Below are positions 8,953-16,674 of a DNA stretch of 64,000 nucleotides, piece by piece; positions within the stretch are counted from its first letter, which is position 1; each line of letters starts with the position of its first letter. Below the pieces are notes generated by a model. That model was not told the origin of the DNA. It did no database searches and saw only the letters and a program-made list of their open reading frames with translations. The DNA is from Candidatus Poribacteria bacterium. GTDB lineage: Bacteria; Poribacteria; WGA-4E; PCPOR2b. The stretch covers positions 608,001-672,000 of the forward strand of contig OZ242351.1 of NCBI GenBank assembly GCA_965208675.1, given 5' to 3'. The position numbers and the translations under genes are program-made.

Positions 8953-9987
8953 ATGCAAACTCAATCGATGACGAGTCGCCAACGTGTCCTTGCAGCGTTG
9001 CAAAGAGCACCGGTGGATCGGACGCCCATTTGCAATCCGACATCTGTGGCCACGGTGGAATTGATGGACTTGGTGGATGCGCCGTTCCCTGAGGCAAACC
9101 GGCAGCCGGACCTGATGGCACGGCTAGCAGCGACTGGTTATACTGAGTTAGGATTCGACACGATTATGCCGGTTTTCACTATTATTCAAGAGTCTTCCGC
9201 ACTCGGTTGCAAGATTCAATGGGAACAAAAGGATAACTGGCCCACTGTGAAAATGCGAGAACCGATTTGGGAAGACGTTGAGGACATCATAATTCCGCCC
9301 AATCTCTTAACTCACCAAGATACTCGCTGCGTGACCGATGCGATCCAAATCCTCAAAAAGGAGTACGGAGAAGAAGTCGCTGTGATTGGCAAGACGATGG
9401 GGCCCTGGTCACTCGGATACCACTGTTTCGGAGTCGAGCCTTTTCTGCTGCTGTCCTTAGACGATCCGGAAAAAACGAAACTCGCGCTGGATAAGATGAA
9501 AGAAATCACGATAGCGTTTGGGTTAGCACAGATTGAAGCCGGGGCGGATGCGCTAACCTTGCCCGATCACGCAACTGGGGATTTGGTCAGCGGCGAGTAT
9601 TATCAGCGGTACTTGCGGGATCTTCACATTGAGTTCGCCGAACGCCTTCCAATCCCGCTTATTCTACATATTTGCGGGCGCACGGTCGACCGTATGGAGT
9701 ACATCGCACAAACTGGTTTCGCAGCCTTCCATTACGACTCCAAGAATGCCCCGGATGAGTCTATGGCAGTGATGCAGAAGCGAATTGCCCTAGTCGGAAA
9801 TATCAACAATCCCGAAACGTTGTTTGCAAAGGGTCCTGAGGAAGTGCGCCAGGAAGTCTACAAAAATCTTGATGCAGGCGTCGAACTTGTAGGTCCTGAA
9901 TGTGCGATTCCGCTGCAAACTTCGATTGAAAACCTAAAAGAGATTCCCGCCGCCGTCAATGATTGGCACCATCAAAATGCGAGTTAG
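8953..9987 (+). CDS. MtaA/CmuA-family (URO-D superfamily) corrinoid-dependent methyltransferase
   Basis: MTSRQRVLAAL, GPWSL, AQIEAGAD, Zn motif LHICG...PECAI, GNIN. Confidence 0.9.
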   Translation: MQTQSMTSRQRVLAALQRAPVDRTPICNPTSVATVELMDLVDAPFPEANRQPDLMARLAATGYTELGFDTIMPVFTIIQESSALGCKIQWEQKDNWPTVKMREPIWEDVEDIIIPPNLLTHQDTRCVTDAIQILKKEYGEEVAVIGKTMGPWSLGYHCFGVEPFLLLSLDDPEKTKLALDKMKEITIAFGLAQIEAGADALTLPDHATGDLVSGEYYQRYLRDLHIEFAERLPIPLILHICGRTVDRMEYIAQTGFAAFHYDSKNAPDESMAVMQKRIALVGNINNPETLFAKGPEEVRQEVYKNLDAGVELVGPECAIPLQTSIENLKEIPAAVNDWHHQNAS

Positions 9988-10026
9988 ATTTAAGAAGAAT
10001 AAATTTGAAACTTAAAGAGACACACT

Positions 10027-10791
10027 ATGCCTGAAATTACCGACATCGTAAATGAGTTCATTAGGGATGAAATCGAAGAATACATTGAGCGTGCCGATGA
10101 ACGCACGCGCACTATCGCAATATTTGCCCAAGCAAGTACCGCGATGCAAGCGATTGCTGCCGCACTTGTTGACGGTGACCACCATACCGTGGATCAATTA
10201 ACAAAAGAGGCTTTGGACGCGGGTACCGAGGCTTTGGAGATTATGGACGATGGCCTCATCGCTGGGATGGGCATTGTTGGAATAAAATTTCGAGAAAATT
10301 TCATTTTCGTCCCGGAGGTCCTCGCTTGTGCACGTGCCATGAAGGCAGGTATGGCGTATATTGAACCGATTCTGTCCGCGTCGGGGATTGAGCCTATTGG
10401 TACCGTTATCATGGGGACAGTGAAAGGAGATCTTCACGATATTGGCAAGAATCTATGCATCATGATGCTTCGCGGCGCAGGATTCGTTGTACACGATTTG
10501 GGCGTCGATACTTCAGACGACGAGTTTATTGATGCCGTGGAAGAACACGGTGCGCCGGTGCTAGGAATGTCGGCACTTTTGACGACGACGATGCCCAACA
10601 TGGGTAAGACGATTGAAGCTTTCATTGATGAAGATCTCCGCGAAGATGTCAAAATTATGGTAGGTGGTGCACCGGTGACCCAGGAGTTTGCCGATGATAT
10701 GGGAGCAGACGGATATGGGAAGGACGCACTTGCGTGTGTGGCGTTGGCGAAGCAACTATTTGTAGAACTTAGAGACGAAGGAAGGTTATAG
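10027..10791 (+). CDS. Corrinoid (B12-binding) protein, MtaC/MtbC/MetH-cap type
   Basis: FVPEVL cap, GDLHDIGKN (DxHxxG), SALLTTT, GGAPVT. Confidence 0.95.
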   Translation: MPEITDIVNEFIRDEIEEYIERADERTRTIAIFAQASTAMQAIAAALVDGDHHTVDQLTKEALDAGTEALEIMDDGLIAGMGIVGIKFRENFIFVPEVLACARAMKAGMAYIEPILSASGIEPIGTVIMGTVKGDLHDIGKNLCIMMLRGAGFVVHDLGVDTSDDEFIDAVEEHGAPVLGMSALLTTTMPNMGKTIEAFIDEDLREDVKIMVGGAPVTQEFADDMGADGYGKDALACVALAKQLFVELRDEGRL

Positions 10792-10980
10792 TTGATCCTA
10801 CACCAGTTTTGCTTAATGCTCCCACCTCGCTATTCTGATGAAGCAACTATGCAAAGATTGGCCAAGCAAATGAATTAGCGCATACTTGGACTTAATCGCT
10901 TATCGGCGAAGTTGTCTAGCTCGGTTTTAGTCACTGCCAAAATTCAAGTCTGTGCGTTGAATTTGCGGATAAGACTCATT

Positions 10981-12894
10981 ATGCTGAAAATCCCCAAGGA
11001 AGAATACCGGAAACGGTTGGACAAAATTACGGAATTGTTCGCTAGCATCGTGGGGCACGCCGATGAACAAGCCGCATATAGGTGTCCTTACAAAAACCGG
11101 TTCGATCAATGTACCGCCAAATTCGGCTGTAGAAATCAGCGTAAACCTCGTGAAAAAGGGAAGTCATTGATGTGCGGCGGCGACGATAAGCTAGACTATC
11201 GCGGTGCTTGGGATACTGAGGCCGATGTAGGGGTTTTTATTGAGAGAGATGGCGATTACGGAAAGGGTACCATAACGCATGATGACACAAAGCGTAAACT
11301 TATGGCCGGCAAAACGGTTTTCGACTATGCTGACGAATTGGCGGTACAGGTGCCGACCTCCTGTTTGCGTACGGGGCAATGTCACGAGTGTATAGTTGAG
11401 ATAAAGCAAGGCATAGAGGCATTACGTCCGCGCAACGAAGCTGAGTCGTTTCTACGGGAAAATTACCGCCTTGCTTGTCAGGCAGTTGTCGAGAACCCTG
11501 ATGTCGATGTACAGTTTTCGCCGCTGCGCAGAAAGCCCAGGATTCTCACACTTACCCAAGAAAAGCCCGTTGAGCTCAAACCGATGGTCACCCGTCAGGG
11601 CGATACAGTCTACTACGATAGGGAAGCTATCGACACATACCGCGGGCACCTTTACGGTCTTGCCATAGATTTGGGTACCACAACCGTCGTAATGGATTTG
11701 GTAAATCTTGAGACCGGCGAAAGCGTAAGCGTCAACTCCTTTGAAAATCCTCAGCGGTTCGGCGGCAGCGATGTGATGCATCGTATTTCATATGATGGCG
11801 TGTTTGCCGGTGAGTTACGCAAGGCGGTTACCAATGGTCTGAATCACGAAATCGCCGAGATGGGAAAACGGTTGGGCTTCGTCCGTCAGGAAATCTACGA
11901 GATTGTTGTTGCGGGCAACTCGACTATGCGCGATATTTTCTTCAAGCTGGATGTGCAGAGCATCGGCCAAAAGCCCTACAAGTCCGTGATTGAACATGCG
12001 TACATCGCAGAGGAACTCAACACGACTTCGCTTGTTGAGAAAACGCGGCGATTAGGGCTTCGGGCGAATCCAAGAGCCCGAGTTTATGGGTTGCCGTTGA
12101 TTGCAAGCCATGTGGGTGCCGATGTTGCAGCCGATTTGGTTGCCATTGACATGGCATCGCAGAAAAAAGCCGTCATGCTGGTAGATGTTGGTACTAACAC
12201 TGAAGTCGTTGTGGGACACGCAGGAAGGCTGATAACAGCGTCTTGTCCGGCAGGTCCCGCGTTTGAAGGAGGCGGAATTAAATTCGGTATGCCAGGGTAC
12301 GAAGGAGCCATCGAGTCTATTCGGTGGGGTGACGGTCATATCAACTATGACACTATTGGCGGTATTGCACCACAAGGAATCTGTGGATCGGGATTAATCG
12401 ACCTGTTGGCAGAACTTCGCCGCCATAATCAGATGACAGCAAAAGGTGTTTTTGCTGATAGAAAACAGTATGACATGACCGTTGTGCCTGAACATGGCAT
12501 TACGCTTTCCCGGGAAGACATTAGCAACTTGGCTCAAGCCAAGGCAGCCAATTACTGCGGACAATTTATTGTCTTGCGAAAGTTCGGTATCGACCCAACG
12601 GAAATCAATCGGCTCTATTTGGCCGGTGGATTCGCAAATTATGTGGATGTTCACAATGCCGTCGAAATCGGTTTTCTTGCGCCAGTGCGCGGCGATAGAA
12701 TCGTCAAAGTTGGAAACGCGGCGGTGCAGGGCGCGCGGGAAGTTCTCCTATCACGGAAAAAGCGTGACGCTATTGAGCATCTGGTTAAAGGAATCGAACA
12801 TGTCGAACTAGAGACAACGCCCGATTTCTTCGAGGTGTTCGTGGAAGGGTGCCAGTTTAAACCCATGCCGAAGGAGTTAGCTGACATATCATGA
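10981..12894 (+). CDS. RamA/RACE-type ASKHA ATPase corrinoid reactivase (DUF4445) with [2Fe-2S] domain and extra N-terminal 4-Cys domain
   Basis: CLRTGQCHEC...RLACQ, DLGTTT, NPQRFGGSDV, DVGTNTE, AGPAFEG, GICGSG, LAGGF. Confidence 0.93.
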   Translation: MLKIPKEEYRKRLDKITELFASIVGHADEQAAYRCPYKNRFDQCTAKFGCRNQRKPREKGKSLMCGGDDKLDYRGAWDTEADVGVFIERDGDYGKGTITHDDTKRKLMAGKTVFDYADELAVQVPTSCLRTGQCHECIVEIKQGIEALRPRNEAESFLRENYRLACQAVVENPDVDVQFSPLRRKPRILTLTQEKPVELKPMVTRQGDTVYYDREAIDTYRGHLYGLAIDLGTTTVVMDLVNLETGESVSVNSFENPQRFGGSDVMHRISYDGVFAGELRKAVTNGLNHEIAEMGKRLGFVRQEIYEIVVAGNSTMRDIFFKLDVQSIGQKPYKSVIEHAYIAEELNTTSLVEKTRRLGLRANPRARVYGLPLIASHVGADVAADLVAIDMASQKKAVMLVDVGTNTEVVVGHAGRLITASCPAGPAFEGGGIKFGMPGYEGAIESIRWGDGHINYDTIGGIAPQGICGSGLIDLLAELRRHNQMTAKGVFADRKQYDMTVVPEHGITLSREDISNLAQAKAANYCGQFIVLRKFGIDPTEINRLYLAGGFANYVDVHNAVEIGFLAPVRGDRIVKVGNAAVQGAREVLLSRKKRDAIEHLVKGIEHVELETTPDFFEVFVEGCQFKPMPKELADIS

Positions 12895-12973
12895 CTTTAG
12901 AAAGTGTTGGGCAGCTCACGTACCAGATAAGAAGCCTACAGGAAAGCTGACCACATATCTTTAGGAGACGAAG

Positions 12974-14011
12974 ATGAAGCTTAACGGTCTAGAATTCATA
13001 ATTATTGGTGAAAATGTCCACACTACTCGTGTGGTGCGTCGAAAAGGGAAGCTCGTTACGAATAACGCTGACGGCGTCGAATCCATTCGCTATCTAGATA
13101 AAAACAAAAAACGCCGGTATCTCGTCATCCCCGATAGCATCAGGAAAACTCAGGACTACGAGGAAGGGCGCATTAAACACGTCAAGATCGCCATTCAGGC
13201 AGCCATGACCGAAAAAAATCCTCATGCCGGTGAAGGGCTCGAGTACCTGATGCGACTAGTGCAACGTCAGTTAGACGCCGGAGCCGATTACTTAGACTTG
13301 AATGTAGACGAAGTCTCACTGCATCTTGAGGAACAAAAGGCTGCCATGAGATGGCTTGTGCAGACCGTGCAGGAGATGTATTCTATTCCATTGTCGGTGG
13401 ATTCATCCAATACGGAAATCATACAAGCGGGACTTGAGGCTGCTGATGGCAAAGATGCCCAAACTATGCTAAATTCAGCAGCACCGGAACGCCTTGAAAC
13501 CTTAGATCTTGCGAAACAGTATCATACGAGGGTCATTGTTCAAGCAGCGAGCGTAAACGGTATGCCAGAAAACGCAGAAGAACGGGTGTCCAATGCCTCT
13601 TTCATGGTGGAAAAAGCCTTAGATAAAGGGATTGCGATTCATGATATTTTCATTGACCCCGTAATCTTTCCAATCTCGGTCGACAGCCAATACGGCAATC
13701 ACTGCTTCGATGCGATACGGCAAATCCGCGAGAAATATGGTCCCAATCTCCATATTAGCGGTGGTTTCAGCAACGCCTCATTCGGTTTGCCATGCCGCCG
13801 CCTCATTAACGATGTATTTATGATGTTAGCCATTGAAGCAGGTGCTGACAGTGGGATCATCGATCCTGTCACGAGTGACCCTCGAAAGATTATGGAAATG
13901 GATCGACAGTCAATGCCCTACAAACTCGCTGAAGATATGCTTCTGGGTAGGGACGAATATTGCGCTAATTTTATTAAAGCATATCGAAAAGGGGAATTGG
14001 AGCTCCGCTAA
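12974..14011 (+). CDS. Methyltetrahydrofolate:corrinoid methyltransferase (AcsE/MetH pterin-binding, DHPS fold)
   Basis: IIGEN, AGADYLDLN, LSVDS, MLNS, FIDP, SNASFGLP, DSGIIDP; long insertion after strand 1. Confidence 0.9.
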   Translation: MKLNGLEFIIIGENVHTTRVVRRKGKLVTNNADGVESIRYLDKNKKRRYLVIPDSIRKTQDYEEGRIKHVKIAIQAAMTEKNPHAGEGLEYLMRLVQRQLDAGADYLDLNVDEVSLHLEEQKAAMRWLVQTVQEMYSIPLSVDSSNTEIIQAGLEAADGKDAQTMLNSAAPERLETLDLAKQYHTRVIVQAASVNGMPENAEERVSNASFMVEKALDKGIAIHDIFIDPVIFPISVDSQYGNHCFDAIRQIREKYGPNLHISGGFSNASFGLPCRRLINDVFMMLAIEAGADSGIIDPVTSDPRKIMEMDRQSMPYKLAEDMLLGRDEYCANFIKAYRKGELELR

Positions 14012-14014
14012 ACC

Positions 14015-14293
14015 GTGGCTGAATATCAAATATTGTACTGGAAAGGCATTCCAGCCCAGGTGAGAGTTTTTGAGGGAAAGAAAACAATCTCGCGAGAGAT
14101 GCCCGCTCGTTTCCAAGCTGACATCGATCGAATCGCAATGCAAGAAGGTTTGTACGGAAGTGACAACTATCTTGACCAATGGGAATGGACCGAGAAACGC
14201 CAGCGGACCGGCGATGCCAAACTAGTATTAGATTCGCTTTTACGTGAACTCGAAACCGATTACGACGATAAATTTAGAAAACCGAAAAATTAA
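14015..14293 (+). CDS. Small 'virulence factor' family (PF13769-like) protein
   Basis: YWKGIPAQV...RFQ..IDR.AM..G..GSD.YL..W signature. Confidence 0.8.
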   Translation: MAEYQILYWKGIPAQVRVFEGKKTISREMPARFQADIDRIAMQEGLYGSDNYLDQWEWTEKRQRTGDAKLVLDSLLRELETDYDDKFRKPKN

Positions 14294-14301
14294 TTCCAAT
14301 A

Positions 14302-15348
14302 ATGCCCAAATTCTCACCTGAGACGCTTCGTCAAATCGGGTACCAGCTTTTTGAAGCCGCGGGGTGTAAACCCGAAGATGCGCACGTAGTGGTTAATCAC
14401 CTGATCGAATCCAATCTCTTTGGTCATGATTCTCACGGCGCAATTCGGTTTGGCGAATACCTGCGCGCTATTCGAGAAGGCCGGTTCCAACCTCGTGAAA
14501 CACCTGAGACTGTAAGCGAAAACCCATGCACTGCGGTCGTTGACGCCCACGGCGCGCTAGGGCAAATCGGCGCGTCCTATGCGATGAACTTGGCAATTGA
14601 AAAGGCTGGCCGCCACGGTGTTGGCACGGTGACCTTACGGAATACAAGCCATGTTGGGCGCGTGGGCGCCTATCCCTTAATGGCCGCTCAGACAGAGATG
14701 ATTGGTCTTGCCTTTGTCAATGCGGGCCGGCTCGGTTACCAAATAGTTCCCTTTGGAGGCATCGACGGCCGCCTAAGTACCAACCCGATTGCATTTGCCG
14801 CCCCGCGCCGGGAAGCCCCGCCTATTTTTGTTGATATGACTACCTCGGTATCTGCTGAAGGTAAAATTCGGGTTGCTATCAACCAAGGGAAGCAGGTTCC
14901 GGAGGGTTGGATCATCGATGCTCAAGGCAATCCCACCACGGATCCAAAAAAATTTACAGGTCCTCCGCCCGGAGCCATCCTCCCATTAGGCGGAGTAGTA
15001 GCACACAAGGGTTACGGTTTGAGTATTGTAGTAGAACTCTTGGGCGGTGCCTTGAGCGGTCAGGGTTGTGCCGCTGGTGAACGTTCAATGGCAAGCAATG
15101 GCGTGTTATTTACCGTATACCACATTGAGCATTTCACCACTCTTGATGCTTTCTATAACGAAGTGGAATCACTGCTTCATTACGTCAAATCGAGCCGACT
15201 AGCCCCCGGGTTTGTGGAAATCTTAGCGCCTGGTGAACCTGAATTTCGTAACGCTCAACGGAAGACGGTCGAAGGAATTGATATTGATGAGACAACTTGG
15301 AATAATATCTGCCTAGAAGCTCTCGCCTTCGGGATTAATCTAGAATAA
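14302..15348 (+). CDS. Ldh_2 family (malate/L-lactate/L-sulfolactate dehydrogenase, ComC/AllD-like) oxidoreductase
   Basis: GHDSHG, SHVGR, TNPIAF, DMTTS, HKGYGL, PGEPE. Confidence 0.92.
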   Translation: MPKFSPETLRQIGYQLFEAAGCKPEDAHVVVNHLIESNLFGHDSHGAIRFGEYLRAIREGRFQPRETPETVSENPCTAVVDAHGALGQIGASYAMNLAIEKAGRHGVGTVTLRNTSHVGRVGAYPLMAAQTEMIGLAFVNAGRLGYQIVPFGGIDGRLSTNPIAFAAPRREAPPIFVDMTTSVSAEGKIRVAINQGKQVPEGWIIDAQGNPTTDPKKFTGPPPGAILPLGGVVAHKGYGLSIVVELLGGALSGQGCAAGERSMASNGVLFTVYHIEHFTTLDAFYNEVESLLHYVKSSRLAPGFVEILAPGEPEFRNAQRKTVEGIDIDETTWNNICLEALAFGINLE

Positions 15349-15400
15349 TGGTGTACCAAAGCAATGTAATGGTCGAAAATTTAAAATTAGAGCGCTTCAA

Positions 15401-16402
15401 ATGAGGACGTTTCTTGAGAGGTTAGCCGACCCAAGCCCTATGATTTACGACGGCGGATTTGGCTCAGAATTGTTCGCCAGGGGGATAGAGCTGACGAATA
15501 GCGCACTTGCAAACGAACTGCATGCAGACGCGGTAATGGATATTCATTCTGATTATATTGAAGCAGGTGTTAATGCCCTAGGAACAAACACATTTGTAGC
15601 TTCGAGGCTGCATCTTGAAATGGCAGGAATAGAGGGACATGCGGCGGATGAAATCGCCCAGTTGGCGGTAGAACATGCCAAGGTAGCGGTTGAAAAAGGT
15701 GGCAAGGAGATATATATCGCAGGATCGATTGGGCCTTCGCCCGGCGCAATTGAAGCCGATAGCGGCGACATAGATTTTGGAATCCCGAACGCTGTTGTCA
15801 GGGATGTTTACGAGAGGCTGGCGAACATTCTGGCAGATGGCGGCGTTGACTTTTTCTGTATAGAAACTATGTTTTCCGCGAAGGAAGCCGCAATAGCAGT
15901 CGATGTTACCAGAAAATACGGGCTTCCTATCGCCGTAAACTTGACATATAAGCACACGAAGGACCGCGCTAGCGGCAATGTCGTCTACCGTACAGATTGG
16001 GGGCATTCGGCGGCGGATTTGTTAGGTATCTTGTCAAGCGGGGAGTTCTCCAATGGTGATAATCTCTTGGATTATGTCCACATATTAGGTCTAAATTGTG
16101 GCGCGGAGGTCAAGCATGAGCAACACACTGGGATGCCCTATGCGATAAATGGAATACAACAGTTGAAAGACGCATTGGCGATGAACAATGTTCAACCGAA
16201 ACGGTTGATGGCTTATCCAAATGCAGGTATGGCACGCCTGGACGAGAATCAGCGTACATATTATTCGCAATCCGCAGAAGAAATGGTGATTTACTTACCA
16301 ACTCTTCTCCAAGCAGGTGCATATTTTGTCGGTGGATGCTGCGGCACTGGATTTTCGCACATTAAAGCCTTTCGTGAAATTATCTCCCCGATAAACAATT
16401 GA
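15401..16402 (+). CDS. Homocysteine S-methyltransferase family protein (stand-alone MetH Hcy domain/Bmt-like)
   Basis: DGGFGSEL, TNTF, AGSIGP, IETM, Zn ligands GLNC and GGCCG. Confidence 0.92.
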   Translation: MRTFLERLADPSPMIYDGGFGSELFARGIELTNSALANELHADAVMDIHSDYIEAGVNALGTNTFVASRLHLEMAGIEGHAADEIAQLAVEHAKVAVEKGGKEIYIAGSIGPSPGAIEADSGDIDFGIPNAVVRDVYERLANILADGGVDFFCIETMFSAKEAAIAVDVTRKYGLPIAVNLTYKHTKDRASGNVVYRTDWGHSAADLLGILSSGEFSNGDNLLDYVHILGLNCGAEVKHEQHTGMPYAINGIQQLKDALAMNNVQPKRLMAYPNAGMARLDENQRTYYSQSAEEMVIYLPTLLQAGAYFVGGCCGTGFSHIKAFREIISPINN

Positions 16403-16450
16403 CGTAATGCCGCTCCAATCCAGATAGCCAGCGGTACGTAGCAGTTTTGA

Positions 16451-16479
16451 TTGACAATCTCCCACTAGAGTCGTATACT
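16451..16479 (+). promoter_or_regulatory. Sigma70 promoter for the FBP aldolase/phosphatase gene
   Basis: TTGACA, 17 bp spacer, TATACT. Confidence 0.7.
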
Positions 16480-16674
16480 AACAATTTATAAAAATGCTGT
16501 TGCCTACCTTCTTTAGGCTTTTGTTTTTCCCGTCTTAATACATGTCTCAAGTGAACACTTGCCTAACTTCAGTATGTATAGTTTAGTCTAATAAACGGCG
16601 ATTCCGAATTCATCCGCGGTTTTGAAAATGGTAAGATGTATAAGGGGGGTGACAGCAACTTTGGAGGTGAATGA

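Noticed and set aside
8953-9987. Uroporphyrinogen decarboxylase (hemE) or a methanogenesis marker
   Set aside because: It lacks the HemE RQAGR motif and has the HxC...C Zn motif. No mcr or CoM-pathway context is present in the window.
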